Assembly: GCA_016788665.1 (NCBI GenBank)
Contig: JAEUSF010000001.1
Location: 129,137-193,136 of the forward strand
Length of the DNA: 64,000 nucleotides
Source: Candidatus Doudnabacteria bacterium
GTDB taxonomy: Bacteria > Patescibacteriota > Doudnabacteria > UBA920
Reading direction: 5' to 3'
The position numbers and the translations under genes were made by a program. Under the pieces are notes generated by a model that worked only from the letters and a program-made list of their open reading frames with translations, was not told where the DNA came from and did no database searches. Below are positions 9,826 to 19,872 of the stretch, in pieces (the first letter of the stretch is position 1; every line of letters begins with the position of its first letter).

Positions 9826-10320
9826 ATGAAACCAAAACAAAAACAAAAGGGTTTTACTTTAATTGAGTTGCTAGTGGTTATTTCAATAATTGGTCTTTTG
9901 GCTTCTGTGGTTTTGGTTTCCTTAAACTCTGCCAGGCAAAAGTCCAGGAACGCAAAAAGATTGGCCGATGCTAACCAAATTGCGAAGGGGCTTGAAATCT
10001 TTTATAACCAAGCTCTGTCTTACCCTACTGGCACAGGTGCGGTAGGCGGAACTTATACTGTGGCTGGAGGGGCGGTTATGGGTAGTAGTCTTTTGCAGGC
10101 TGTTAATTCACTGGGCACCTTTAACATGACCCCGACCTTTATGACTTCTGTACCTACAGCACCTACTCCGGCTGATGGCAGCTGCGATGCGAGCAATAAC
10201 AGGTACATGTACGAAGCAAATAGTTCGGGTACAACATATACGCTTTCATTTTGTCTGGGTGCTACTACGGGTAATTATACGCCAGGGGTGAAATATTTAA
10301 CTCCAAGCGGAGTAAGATAG
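9826..10320 (+). CDS. type IV pilin (prepilin-type N-terminal cleavage/methylation domain)
   Basis: leader MKPKQKQKG followed by FTLIELLVVISIIGLLA; C-terminal Cys pair; paralog of pilin at 40107. Confidence 0.8.
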   Translation: MKPKQKQKGFTLIELLVVISIIGLLASVVLVSLNSARQKSRNAKRLADANQIAKGLEIFYNQALSYPTGTGAVGGTYTVAGGAVMGSSLLQAVNSLGTFNMTPTFMTSVPTAPTPADGSCDASNNRYMYEANSSGTTYTLSFCLGATTGNYTPGVKYLTPSGVR

Positions 10321-10335
10321 TTTTAATTTTTTTAA

Positions 10336-10366
10336 AAGAAGGCTTTAAAAGGCCTTCTTTTTTTGT
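10336..10366 (+). terminator. rho-independent terminator after pilin gene
   Basis: aagaaggc/gccttctt stem plus T-run. Confidence 0.6.
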
Positions 10367-10394
10367 TTAGTAAAAAATTATATAATAAATTTTT

Positions 10395-11018
10395 ATGTGG
10401 CATAAAAATTATACAATTGTTGATGTCGAAACTACAGGCGGCTCGCCTTTGCTCAGTCGGGTTATTGAAATTGGTTTAATAAGAGTGGAAAAAGGAGAGG
10501 TCGTTGAAAGGTTTAAAAGTTTAATTAATCCCCAAATAGAAATCCCTCAATTCATAACAGAAATGACCGGCATAAAAAATAGCATGGTTAAGAAAGCTCC
10601 TACTTTTGAAGAACTGTCGGAAAATTTGCTACCTCTATTTGAAGATAGTGTTTTTGTGGCGCATAATAGTAATTTTGATTATTCTTTTTTGAAGGCTGAA
10701 TTTGCTAAAGCTGGCCTGGTTTTTAGTTCTGAAACTTTGTGTACAGTAAGGTTGTCGCGTATACTCTTTCCGCAGTACAAGCGGCATAATTTAAGTACTT
10801 TAATAGAACGCTTTGGGTTTAAGTGTAAAAATAGACACAGGGCATATGACGACGCTAAAGTTCTACTTGATTTTTTAAAACATGTAGACAGAACTTTGGA
10901 ACCTAAAGTAATATTGCGTGCAATAGATTCTGCAATAAAGAAAATTTCACCAGCCCGTTTTCGGACTAAGCTGCAAAAAGACGAACTTAGAGAGCTGGAG
11001 TATATTAGTGAAATATAA
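10395..11018 (+). CDS. DnaQ-like 3'-5' exonuclease (DNA polymerase III epsilon family)
   Basis: Exo I VDVETTG, Exo II VAHNSNFDYSFL, Exo III HRAYDDA. Confidence 0.75.
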   Translation: MWHKNYTIVDVETTGGSPLLSRVIEIGLIRVEKGEVVERFKSLINPQIEIPQFITEMTGIKNSMVKKAPTFEELSENLLPLFEDSVFVAHNSNFDYSFLKAEFAKAGLVFSSETLCTVRLSRILFPQYKRHNLSTLIERFGFKCKNRHRAYDDAKVLLDFLKHVDRTLEPKVILRAIDSAIKKISPARFRTKLQKDELRELEYISEI

Positions 11019-11144
11019 GTCCCCAGCCGAGCCTGTGTGTGCCTTTTTTGCCGCATGAGTTGCTGCTAAGACCCACGTTTATGTGCATATATAAACCGCC
11101 CAAAACCTCTGGAAAAAGGTATTCAGGGGTTTAAAAATGTACTC

Positions 11145-11171
11145 TTGACAACTTTTTAAAAACCATATAAT
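11145..11171 (+). promoter_or_regulatory. candidate sigma70-like promoter about 560 nt upstream of 16S
   Basis: TTGACA then TATAAT with a short 15-16 nt spacer. Confidence 0.3.
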
Positions 11172-11407
11172 ATTAAATAAGGATTTAAGAGTATCCGCCT
11201 GCTAGCGGACCTGGAGATTAAAAAAGGCATAAAACACTTGTTCAACTTTGCTCTTATGTATACGCATTGACGTAGATTATAAGGGATCTTGCAAAATGCA
11301 GGAGATATGAACACTATCCTCAAAATCGGGATGTGTTTTTTGTTCGCTAAAAACTTTGAATTAACGTAGATAAGTGCGCAGAAAGTACGCTAATAAATTA
11401 GCGACCA

Positions 11408-11437
11408 ATCCGCGTAGTTATCCGCGATTAATCCGCG
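11408..11437. repeat. three direct copies of ATCCGCG spaced 11-12 bp, upstream of 16S
   Basis: aatccgcgtag / tatccgcgatt / aatccgcggct; member of dispersed motif family. Confidence 0.6.
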
Positions 11438-11705
11438 GCTGTTCTTTAACAGCTGAATAGTGACTAGAACATAAATATCTTCCCAGATATTTATGAAGTA
11501 CAAAACCATCGCGTCTCCCTATGGGAGATGCGGTTTGCGTCAATTTAATTGAGTTCAATGATTTCTGTGAAAACAGAAAAAATGTTTTGATAGGTTTGCA
11601 TTTACTAAATAAATCTATCGCCAGATCTTGTATCTTCTGATACGGGTCAAAACACTAGTTATAGTTTTGTTCAGCCTATGGCCGGACGTAAGAAATTATA
11701 ATTAG

Positions 11706-13168
<1,463 letters not shown>

Positions 13169-13347
13169 AAGGAATAAAATATACCAGCTGAATTTTTTCG
13201 AAGATTCTGTCTGGTACATTCCATGGTCGTCATCTTCTATTTCGATAGAAGGTGCACATTCTCTTACGATTTGATGCAATTGGTGTTGTACGCCCTGTAA
13301 AAAGGGTATTCTAGTCACTATCTAGTTGTTAAAATACAAATTTTAAA

Positions 13348-13383
13348 ATCACTCTCAAGGAAACTTAAGAGTGATTTTTTTAT
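13348..13383 (+). terminator. strong rho-independent terminator directly after 16S
   Basis: 12-bp stem atcactctcaag/cttaagagtgat, gaaa loop, 7 T. Confidence 0.65.
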
Positions 13384-13405
13384 ACATGGAGTTTAAATAT
13401 AAAAA

Positions 13406-13444
13406 GACCGCTTCATACAAATAGAAGCGGGTGTTGTTTTTTTT
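13406..13444. terminator. bidirectional terminator (cupin gene on minus strand)
   Basis: ccgcttc/gaagcgg stem with T-runs on both sides. Confidence 0.5.
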
Positions 13445-13451
13445 GACGCGG

Positions 13452-13847
13452 CTATTTTTCGCGGTCAATAATAATGCCGAACTGTTCGTCCAGGTTACAA
13501 ATCCGTTCCCGCAAGTCCGGGCCCGGCTTTGCACGCTCAGCTTCTAGCTTCTCAAAGTATCTTTCGCAGCCGGGTGGCATAAAGCACAGTATAAGCTGAC
13601 CTGGGCTTTCCCCGACGTTTCTGAAGTGGTGCTGGATTCCTGTGGGTCCTGTCAGCCTATCTCCCGCGGACAGCTTGATGGGCAGTTTGTTGCCCATGTA
13701 AAATTCAAAAACTCCTTGGAGGACTATAAACTCCTCGGTTTCTCGGGTGTGAGTGTGCGGCGGCGGGCCTTCGCCCGCCGGAACGTTGAGTTCCACCATG
13801 GAAAACTCAGGCCTCACCAAAATAGTTCTGGCGTACGGCTGTGGCAT
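13452..13847 (-). CDS. cupin-domain protein
   Basis: cupin motifs PHTHTRETEEFIVLQG and IQHHFRNVG; start moved to MPQPYART with SD aaggagg (ORF track 13922); GC-rich relative to neighbours. Confidence 0.6.
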   Translation of the reverse strand: MPQPYARTILVRPEFSMVELNVPAGEGPPPHTHTRETEEFIVLQGVFEFYMGNKLPIKLSAGDRLTGPTGIQHHFRNVGESPGQLILCFMPPGCERYFEKLEAERAKPGPDLRERICNLDEQFGIIIDREK

Positions 13848-13936
13848 AGTAGCCTCCTTGTTTCTGAACAAAGTTCTCCAAAGTTTAACATAAAAGCGGC
13901 AAGTGTTCAACGACGACTGCATTTAAAAAATATATT

Positions 13937-13975
13937 AAAAAACCCTTCTTGAGAGCAGAAGGGTTTTTTTAAAAA
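13937..13975. terminator. terminator hairpin after rhodanese gene (minus strand)
   Basis: aacccttct/agaagggtt stem flanked by A/T runs. Confidence 0.55.
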
Positions 13976-13980
13976 AAGTT

Positions 13981-14250
13981 TTATAGCCCAAACCTTTGTT
14001 TGGCAATTTCTTGGTTAATGCCGTTTATAAGGTTAGTAAACCCTAAATCTTTCAGGATTTGAATAGCCAAGCCGGAGCGGCTACCGGTTTTACAGTAAAT
14101 AATAATAGGAGAATCTTTTTCTATGTCTTTAAGTTCGGGAGCACCTTTCATTAGGCTTTCGGAGGGCACATTTATTGCACCGGGTACGTGTGAAAAAGAA
14201 AATTCTAAAGGTTCCCTTACGTCGACTAGTATGTAATTAGTTTCAGGCAT
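13981..14250 (-). CDS. single-domain rhodanese-like sulfurtransferase
   Basis: ILVDVREPLEF...YCKTGSRSG active-site Cys loop; 89 aa; 3-nt gap to fur-family gene. Confidence 0.7.
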   Translation of the reverse strand: MPETNYILVDVREPLEFSFSHVPGAINVPSESLMKGAPELKDIEKDSPIIIYCKTGSRSGLAIQILKDLGFTNLINGINQEIAKQRFGL

Positions 14251-14252
14251 AA

Positions 14253-14672
14253 TTATTTGTCGCAGGTATTACATAGGCCAAAAAATTCTAAGGAATGTTC
14301 TTTAATTTTAGAAAAGCCCGGAATTTTGGTTTTGGGCAGGCGTACTTCACAGTTTTCCAGGTCGGCAATTTTGCCGCAACTGGTACAGACCAAATGGTGG
14401 TGATGCGAGTGAGGTATCTCGTAGTGTATTTCTTTGTCTGAAATTCTTAGTTTTTTTATTATGCCCATTTCTGCTAGGCTTTCTACGTTTCTGTATAAAG
14501 TGACCAGGTCTATTTTTCCAATGCTCTTATAAAGTTTGGCAATTTCTTTTACGGCAAGAGGTTTTTTGTTGTGTTTAAAAATGTCTAAAAGCCCTAGTCT
14601 GCCAGGGGTAACTTTAAGCCCGTTGTCTTTTAGTGTGGCCGATATCTCATTTGTGTGTTGGCTGCATTTCAT
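14253..14672 (-). CDS. Fur-family metalloregulator (probably Zur)
   Basis: winged-helix N-terminus, HHHHLVCTSCGKI and C-terminal CxxC; neighbouring ZIP transporter operon carries the same palindrome. Confidence 0.8.
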   Translation of the reverse strand: MKCSQHTNEISATLKDNGLKVTPGRLGLLDIFKHNKKPLAVKEIAKLYKSIGKIDLVTLYRNVESLAEMGIIKKLRISDKEIHYEIPHSHHHHLVCTSCGKIADLENCEVRLPKTKIPGFSKIKEHSLEFFGLCNTCDK

Positions 14673-14700
14673 GGGTTAAATATAGCAAAAGTTTGGCCTC

Positions 14701-14730
14701 TTGACAAATGCAAGTCATTTGCATTAAGAT
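14701..14730. promoter_or_regulatory. divergent promoter with embedded palindrome AATGCAA-gtcat-TTGCATT (candidate Zur/Fur box)
   Basis: TTGACA at 14701 directly abutting the 7-5-7 inverted repeat at 14707-14725; lies in the 64-bp gap between fur-family gene and ORF 14737. Confidence 0.6.
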
Positions 14731-14736
14731 ATAGCA

Positions 14737-15366
14737 ATGCTGAAACGGATGTTGGTGTTTTGGTTTTTTGTTCCATGTTTCGCTCAGGGGCAGGAGACGC
14801 GGTTTGGCGGGCTTTTAGAAAAACCAGATCAGGCTCATAACCATTCCTCTGTAAATGGGTTTTCTTCCCGCGGCGATATTTCAAAGGAGGAGGGTGCCAG
14901 TTTTCGTGTACCGTTGAATTATAAGTTTGCTTACGGATGGGAATCAGTCAGGCTTTTGCCGGTCGAACGAGTTAAGAAGGCTCTGGAGATGGGGCTTCGC
15001 GAACGCCAGCTTTTGTTTCCGGATGAGAGGCTGGAATTTATAAAAGAAGCTTGGGAGGAAGTAAAGTTACGGCATGCAACTCGGCATCTCTTCGCCATGG
15101 ATAAGTTTGGCCGAATTTGCCTTATCCAAGACGTGGGCCGTTGTAGCATAATTGCTTGGGTGTCTCCAAAAGGCACTTGGCATAAGCTAGGAGTTTTTTT
15201 TGCCAAGAAGGTCGCCTTGCCTGCTGCCCAGGCTTTGGGGCTTTCGTTGGTTTATACGCCTGTGCTTCGCGCTGTAGGGGGCGGTGTAGCGGTGGGAGTA
15301 GGAGGAACGGGCGGTTCGGTGGGCTGTCACCAAGATGGCGCAGCAATTCATTGCGGCGCACACTAA
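14737..15366 (+). CDS. hypothetical protein (signal-peptide-like N-terminus, His/Cys-rich C-terminus); GC-rich, uncertain
   Basis: 209-aa ORF starting right after box 1; no SD; markedly higher GC, overlapping antisense ORFs make frame choice tentative. Confidence 0.3.
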   Translation: MLKRMLVFWFFVPCFAQGQETRFGGLLEKPDQAHNHSSVNGFSSRGDISKEEGASFRVPLNYKFAYGWESVRLLPVERVKKALEMGLRERQLLFPDERLEFIKEAWEEVKLRHATRHLFAMDKFGRICLIQDVGRCSIIAWVSPKGTWHKLGVFFAKKVALPAAQALGLSLVYTPVLRAVGGGVAVGVGGTGGSVGCHQDGAAIHCGAH

Positions 15367-15410
15367 GCTTTGTGGCGGGCTTTGGGAAGACCAGAGACCG
15401 CCGCCATTTT

Positions 15411-15446
15411 TAACAAATGCAACATATTTGCATTAAAAATATTTAT
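15411..15446 (+). promoter_or_regulatory. second copy of promoter/palindrome AATGCAA-catat-TTGCATT
   Basis: 26 of 32 positions identical to box 1 region; sits immediately upstream of ATG 15447. Confidence 0.6.
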
Positions 15447-16046
15447 ATGCCGGAAGTCGCTTTAAATTTTAGCTGGATTAAGAAGTTGTTTGTAGACGGT
15501 AAAAAGCCGCAATTTTCAATTTTTGATTTGCCCGACAGCTCAAAAATTTTAGATGTCTCTTGTGGTGAAGGAAATTTGCTTAAGTGCCTTCAGAATAACA
15601 ACCCGAGTTTAAGACTATATGGACTGGATATTTCTAAAAAAGTCATAGAAACTGCGAAAGCAAGGTTTCCGAAAATAAATTTTTGTGAAGGTCAGGCAGA
15701 AGCTTTGCCTTTTTCAGAAAAAAGTTTTAAAGCCGTGGTAACCAGTATGGCTTTGCACCACTATAAAAATCCCAAAGAAGTGTTTAAGGAAATTGCCAGG
15801 GTTTTAGAGCCTGAAGGCTTGTGTTATTTGGTAGACTACGTGCCCAAAAATAAATGGTCACAGAGACTAAATAACCTATTTGGTTGTCACGAGCCTTATC
15901 ATTTTGAAAAGTACTACACCAGTCAGGAAATAGAGGATATTGCAAGTTCGGAAGGTTTAAAATTTATTGCAAAAAATGAAATAAATTTTTTCTATGCACA
16001 AACCAGAATGGTTTTTATTAAAATTAATTATTTTAGGAATCTATGA
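15447..16046 (+). CDS. class I SAM-dependent methyltransferase (Methyltransf_11-like)
   Basis: LDVSCGEGNLL motif I, YGLDIS, ALHHY; start set at second Met after the operator (ORF track 15417). Confidence 0.65.
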   Translation: MPEVALNFSWIKKLFVDGKKPQFSIFDLPDSSKILDVSCGEGNLLKCLQNNNPSLRLYGLDISKKVIETAKARFPKINFCEGQAEALPFSEKSFKAVVTSMALHHYKNPKEVFKEIARVLEPEGLCYLVDYVPKNKWSQRLNNLFGCHEPYHFEKYYTSQEIEDIASSEGLKFIAKNEINFFYAQTRMVFIKINYFRNL

Positions 16047-17320
16047 AAAATAAATTAGTAGTCTTTCTAATATTTTTTTTATGTTTGGTTTTTACCCGAA
16101 TAATTGCCGCTGCGCCATCGCAGGTTGAAATGCCAGGCACGGTGGGAGAAGCGTTAATGGAGCCGGAGTTGGTGAGTCACGATAAGTTAAGGCAGGTGCA
16201 TATTACAAAAACTGAGGCCAAAAATTTGGTAATTGACGAAGCTTATATAAAGAATTTAATTACTTTAACATTTAATCAAATGTTGTCAGAAGGCCTTTTG
16301 AAGGGTGAAAAAGGCGATCCGGGGGTTAGTATAAATAGTATTGACCCAGATGTTGTTGGTTTTCAGACTGCTTATATACCCGGAGCTTTTGTTGGTCCGG
16401 ACGTTGGTACGGTTTTTGCCGCGACCAATTTGTCTTCCGATGTTCTGATTTCTAATAGTGCCAATTTTAATAGTCTTGAGCTAAGTGGAGATTTGAGTGT
16501 GGAGGGAGGGGTAAATTTTTCGGGCGAGGCAAGTATGGCAACGACTTCGGTTACCGCTTTGTCCGTATTTACAATAAGCAGTCAGGCGGGGGCCTATTTA
16601 AGCGAAGGTGGTGACTGGGTTAATGCTTCAAGCCGTGAGCTTAAAGAGAATTTGGCAACTACTTCACCAAACGAAATTTTAGAAAAAATCGCCAATTTGC
16701 CTATATACTCCTGGAATTATAAAAACCAAAGCTCTTTAATTACTCATACAGGTCCAATGGCCGAAGATTTTTACGAAATCTTTAAACTGGGCGGTGAAAA
16801 TGCCAGTACTTCTATTTCCACCATAGATACTTCAGGTGTGGCCTTGCTGGGAATTCAGGCATTAAATGAAAAAATAAAAAACTTAACAGACTTAGGCTGG
16901 ATTTTAGAAGTGCTTAAAAAGTTGGGTGTAGAAATTTCTGAAAGTTTGGTTAAAGCAAAAAATTTAGTGGCAGATAAAATTTCTACAAAAAATTTAGAAG
17001 TGGGTTCGGGTGAATTGCCTACGGGGATTACAATTTACGACTCTGTTACACGGGAGCCGGTGTGTATTTTTTCGGAAAATGTCAGTTTAAAATTACACCT
17101 AGGTAAGTGCGGGGACACCGATGTGCAAAAGGAGGAACGGGAAAATTTGGGCACGATAAATGCAGAAGGGTCTCGAGTGGAGATGCATGAATTAACTGAA
17201 AGCAGTGTTGATAATAATCTTTCTGGTGAAGAATTAAACGAAAACATTGGAGTAGAAACGGCTTCAAATGAGCCTGAAAATGGCTCGCTGGAGACCAATG
17301 TTGAAAAAAATATACAATAA
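16043..17320 (+). CDS. secreted tail-fibre-like protein with collagen-like triplets and C-terminal peptidase S74 intramolecular-chaperone domain
   Basis: signal peptide; GEKGDPG; SSRELKENL...LPIYSWNYK...HTGPMAEDFYEIF...ALLGIQALNEKIKNL matches the endosialidase chaperone/auto-cleavage domain. Confidence 0.65.
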   Translation: MKNKLVVFLIFFLCLVFTRIIAAAPSQVEMPGTVGEALMEPELVSHDKLRQVHITKTEAKNLVIDEAYIKNLITLTFNQMLSEGLLKGEKGDPGVSINSIDPDVVGFQTAYIPGAFVGPDVGTVFAATNLSSDVLISNSANFNSLELSGDLSVEGGVNFSGEASMATTSVTALSVFTISSQAGAYLSEGGDWVNASSRELKENLATTSPNEILEKIANLPIYSWNYKNQSSLITHTGPMAEDFYEIFKLGGENASTSISTIDTSGVALLGIQALNEKIKNLTDLGWILEVLKKLGVEISESLVKAKNLVADKISTKNLEVGSGELPTGITIYDSVTREPVCIFSENVSLKLHLGKCGDTDVQKEERENLGTINAEGSRVEMHELTESSVDNNLSGEELNENIGVETASNEPENGSLETNVEKNIQ

Positions 17321-17334
17321 GGTAAACTGAATAT

Positions 17335-18078
17335 ATGAATATAATTTGGATTTATGTTATGTTAGCGGTTCTGGTAGTTAGTCTTATTTCTTTTGTCGGC
17401 GTATTTACGTTGGCTATAAAAGAAGACAGGTTGAAGAAATGGCTTTTGTCGTTGGTTAGTTTTTCCGCTGGTGCTTTGTTGGGCGATGTGTTCATTCATA
17501 TTTTGCCGGAAATGGCCGAGGGTGGGTGGCCGGAGTACGCGGGTTATTATTTGTTGTTTGGGATTTTAACTTTTTTTATTTTAGAAAAATTTGTTTTTTG
17601 GCACCACTCACACAGCGAACATGACGAGTCGGTCCATTCTTATACATATTTAAGTTTGGTGAGTGACGGTTTGCATAACTTAATAGACGGTATGATAATA
17701 GCCGGTGCTTTTTTGGTTAGTCCTGCTTTGGGTTTGGCTACGACGCTAGCTGTGGTATTTCACGAGATACCACAGGAGATAGGTAACTTCGCGGTTTTGG
17801 TGCACGGAGGTTTTTCTAGAACAAAGGCTTTGTTTTATAATTTTGTTTCCGCATTAACAGCTTTTTTAGGTGCTATTTTAGTTTTGGTTTTTATGAGTGG
17901 CTTTGAAGGCGCGCCTTCTTTTTTGCTTTCTTTTTCCGCCGCAAGCTTTATTTACATAGCTATGTCGGACTTAATACCTCAGCTGCATAAAGAACAAAAC
18001 AAAAAAACCGCTGCTTGGCATTTGCTCTGGTTTGTGTTAGGTGTGTTTACTATGTGGTGCCTTATTTTGCTTGAATAA
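17335..18078 (+). CDS. ZIP-family divalent metal (zinc) transporter
   Basis: 8 TM, HHSHSEHDE loop, HEIPQEIGNFAVL signature. Confidence 0.8.
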   Translation: MNIIWIYVMLAVLVVSLISFVGVFTLAIKEDRLKKWLLSLVSFSAGALLGDVFIHILPEMAEGGWPEYAGYYLLFGILTFFILEKFVFWHHSHSEHDESVHSYTYLSLVSDGLHNLIDGMIIAGAFLVSPALGLATTLAVVFHEIPQEIGNFAVLVHGGFSRTKALFYNFVSALTAFLGAILVLVFMSGFEGAPSFLLSFSAASFIYIAMSDLIPQLHKEQNKKTAAWHLLWFVLGVFTMWCLILLE

Positions 18079-18079
18079 A

Positions 18080-19234
18080 ATGAATAAGCATAAAAAAATT
18101 TTATTGAGCTTGGTTGCCGTTTTTATTGCCTTGCTTGCCGCAGGGCTTTTTTATGTAAAGCTTCTGCCTGTAAAAAATTTTTCTTTTCATACTGATGCGG
18201 TAGATGCAGGGCTTGGAACTTTTTCGGAAATTAGCAAGGCTAAAATACTAAAAGTTATTAGTGAGGAAGCGGAAATAACCAGCCGGTATTCGCAACTTAA
18301 TGGAGTGTATGAGGCACGTATTTTAAATGGACCGGAAGCTAATTTAGTAGTAACAGCGGAGTTAAGCGAGCAGGTTACGGAACTGAATTCGCAAAAGTTG
18401 CAAGAAGGCGATGAAATTGTCATTGGAAAAATTAAAGATCCAGAGAGTTCTTCATACATTATAATAGACCGCTACAGACTTGATGCTTTAGCTTGGCTAG
18501 TTGGAATTTTTGTTTTTTTAGGGTTGCTGTTTGGACGCCGCAAGGGGGTGCTTTCTTTAATGGGGCTCGCGTTTAGTATATTAATATTGCTAAAGTTTGT
18601 TGCTCCGAGTATTTTAGAAGGTAAAGATCCGGTTCTGGTTACAATTTTAGGAGCCGGTATGATTTCTGTGGTTTCTATTTTTTTGTCGCATGGTTTTAAT
18701 AACCGGACTTTGGTTGCTGTAGTTTCCACTGTATTGGTTTTGTTATTAACATTAGTGGGGGCCTGGTCTTTTATATTGGCAGGAAAGTTTTTGGGCCTGG
18801 GTTCCAACGAAGCTCTGTATTTGGAATTGGGTTTACTGAAAGGCTTTGACTTGCGCGGAATATTTTTGGCTGGGGTGGTAATAAGTACTTTGGGAGTTTT
18901 GGACGACGTTACGACTACTCAGGCAGCGACAGTGGAAGAGATTAAGCTAGTAAAACCGGAGGCAGGGTTTCGGGAACTTTTTAGCCGAGCTAATTCTGTG
19001 GGTAAAGAACATATTTCTTCGCTTATAAATACTTTGGTGCTTGCTTATGCTGGAGCCTCTTTTCCATTTTTCCTGCTGCTAACTTTTTCCTCTACTCAGC
19101 CTTTATGGGCCGTGCTTAATAGCGAAGCTTTGGCAGAAGAAATTTTGAGAACTTTGGTTGGAAGCGCTGCTTTAATTTTGGCCGTACCGCTTACAACAGC
19201 CCTCGCTGCGTGGTATTTTAGGCAAAAACCCTAG
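18080..19234 (+). CDS. YibE/F-like multi-pass membrane protein
   Basis: N-terminal TM, soluble domain, then about 6 TM; start at MNKHKK overlapping zip stop. Confidence 0.45.
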   Translation: MNKHKKILLSLVAVFIALLAAGLFYVKLLPVKNFSFHTDAVDAGLGTFSEISKAKILKVISEEAEITSRYSQLNGVYEARILNGPEANLVVTAELSEQVTELNSQKLQEGDEIVIGKIKDPESSSYIIIDRYRLDALAWLVGIFVFLGLLFGRRKGVLSLMGLAFSILILLKFVAPSILEGKDPVLVTILGAGMISVVSIFLSHGFNNRTLVAVVSTVLVLLLTLVGAWSFILAGKFLGLGSNEALYLELGLLKGFDLRGIFLAGVVISTLGVLDDVTTTQAATVEEIKLVKPEAGFRELFSRANSVGKEHISSLINTLVLAYAGASFPFFLLLTFSSTQPLWAVLNSEALAEEILRTLVGSAALILAVPLTTALAAWYFRQKP

Positions 19235-19433
19235 ATAAAGGCGTCTTGCTAAAAAGCTTCAAATCTGATATAATACCTTTATCATCTTCGATTAGTGAGT
19301 TAAAGTGTGAGTTACATTTTTGTAAGTTAGCCTTGGCCTTAATCGTGTTTAATATTTAGTTTAAGGGTTAATCCTCGTCTGGTTTTTATACAGAGCGGGG
19401 GTAAAGGTGAGCTCTTAAAAAAGGCCAACTAAA

Positions 19434-19784
19434 ATGGCTAAAAAATTATTTGTAGGCAACTTGCCTTGGTCAACTACTAACGATGACCTTCAAGCAATGT
19501 TCAGCCAACACGGTGCGGTTTCTTCCGCTACCATAATTACCGACAAAGCAACTGGACGTTCCAGGGGTTTTGGTTTCGTTGAAATGGAAAATGACAACGA
19601 AGCTGATGCTGCTATTGCCGCCGTTAACGGCAGCGATATGAGCGGTAGAAAAGTTATGGTTAACGAAGCAAGACCAATGACCGAAAGACCTCCTCGAAGC
19701 GGTGGTTTCGGTGGTGGACGCGGCGGCGGTTACAACCGCGGCGGTGGCCACGGTGGTGACAGAGGCGGCAACGACCGCTGGTAA
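19434..19784 (+). CDS. RRM-type glycine-rich RNA-binding protein
   Basis: RNP-2 LFVGNL and RNP-1 RGFGFVEM, C-terminal GGRGGGY/RGG tail; SD aaaggtgag. Confidence 0.8.
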   Translation: MAKKLFVGNLPWSTTNDDLQAMFSQHGAVSSATIITDKATGRSRGFGFVEMENDNEADAAIAAVNGSDMSGRKVMVNEARPMTERPPRSGGFGGGRGGGYNRGGGHGGDRGGNDRW

Positions 19785-19803
19785 TTAAGTTTTACCGAAT
19801 TTA

Positions 19804-19836
19804 CCCCGTCTCCTTTTTTAGGGAGACGGGGTTTTG
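19804..19836 (+). terminator. rho-independent terminator
   Basis: 10-bp stem ccccgtctcc/ggagacgggg then TTTT. Confidence 0.65.
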
Positions 19837-19872
19837 ATTTATAAACAAAGATTGCTATAATTATTTATATCT

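Noticed and set aside
16043-17320. Prophage inferred from the tail-fibre-like gene
   Set aside because: There are no capsid, terminase, integrase or other tail genes anywhere nearby. The gene is embedded in a metal-homeostasis operon, so I treat it as a domesticated fibre or adhesin.
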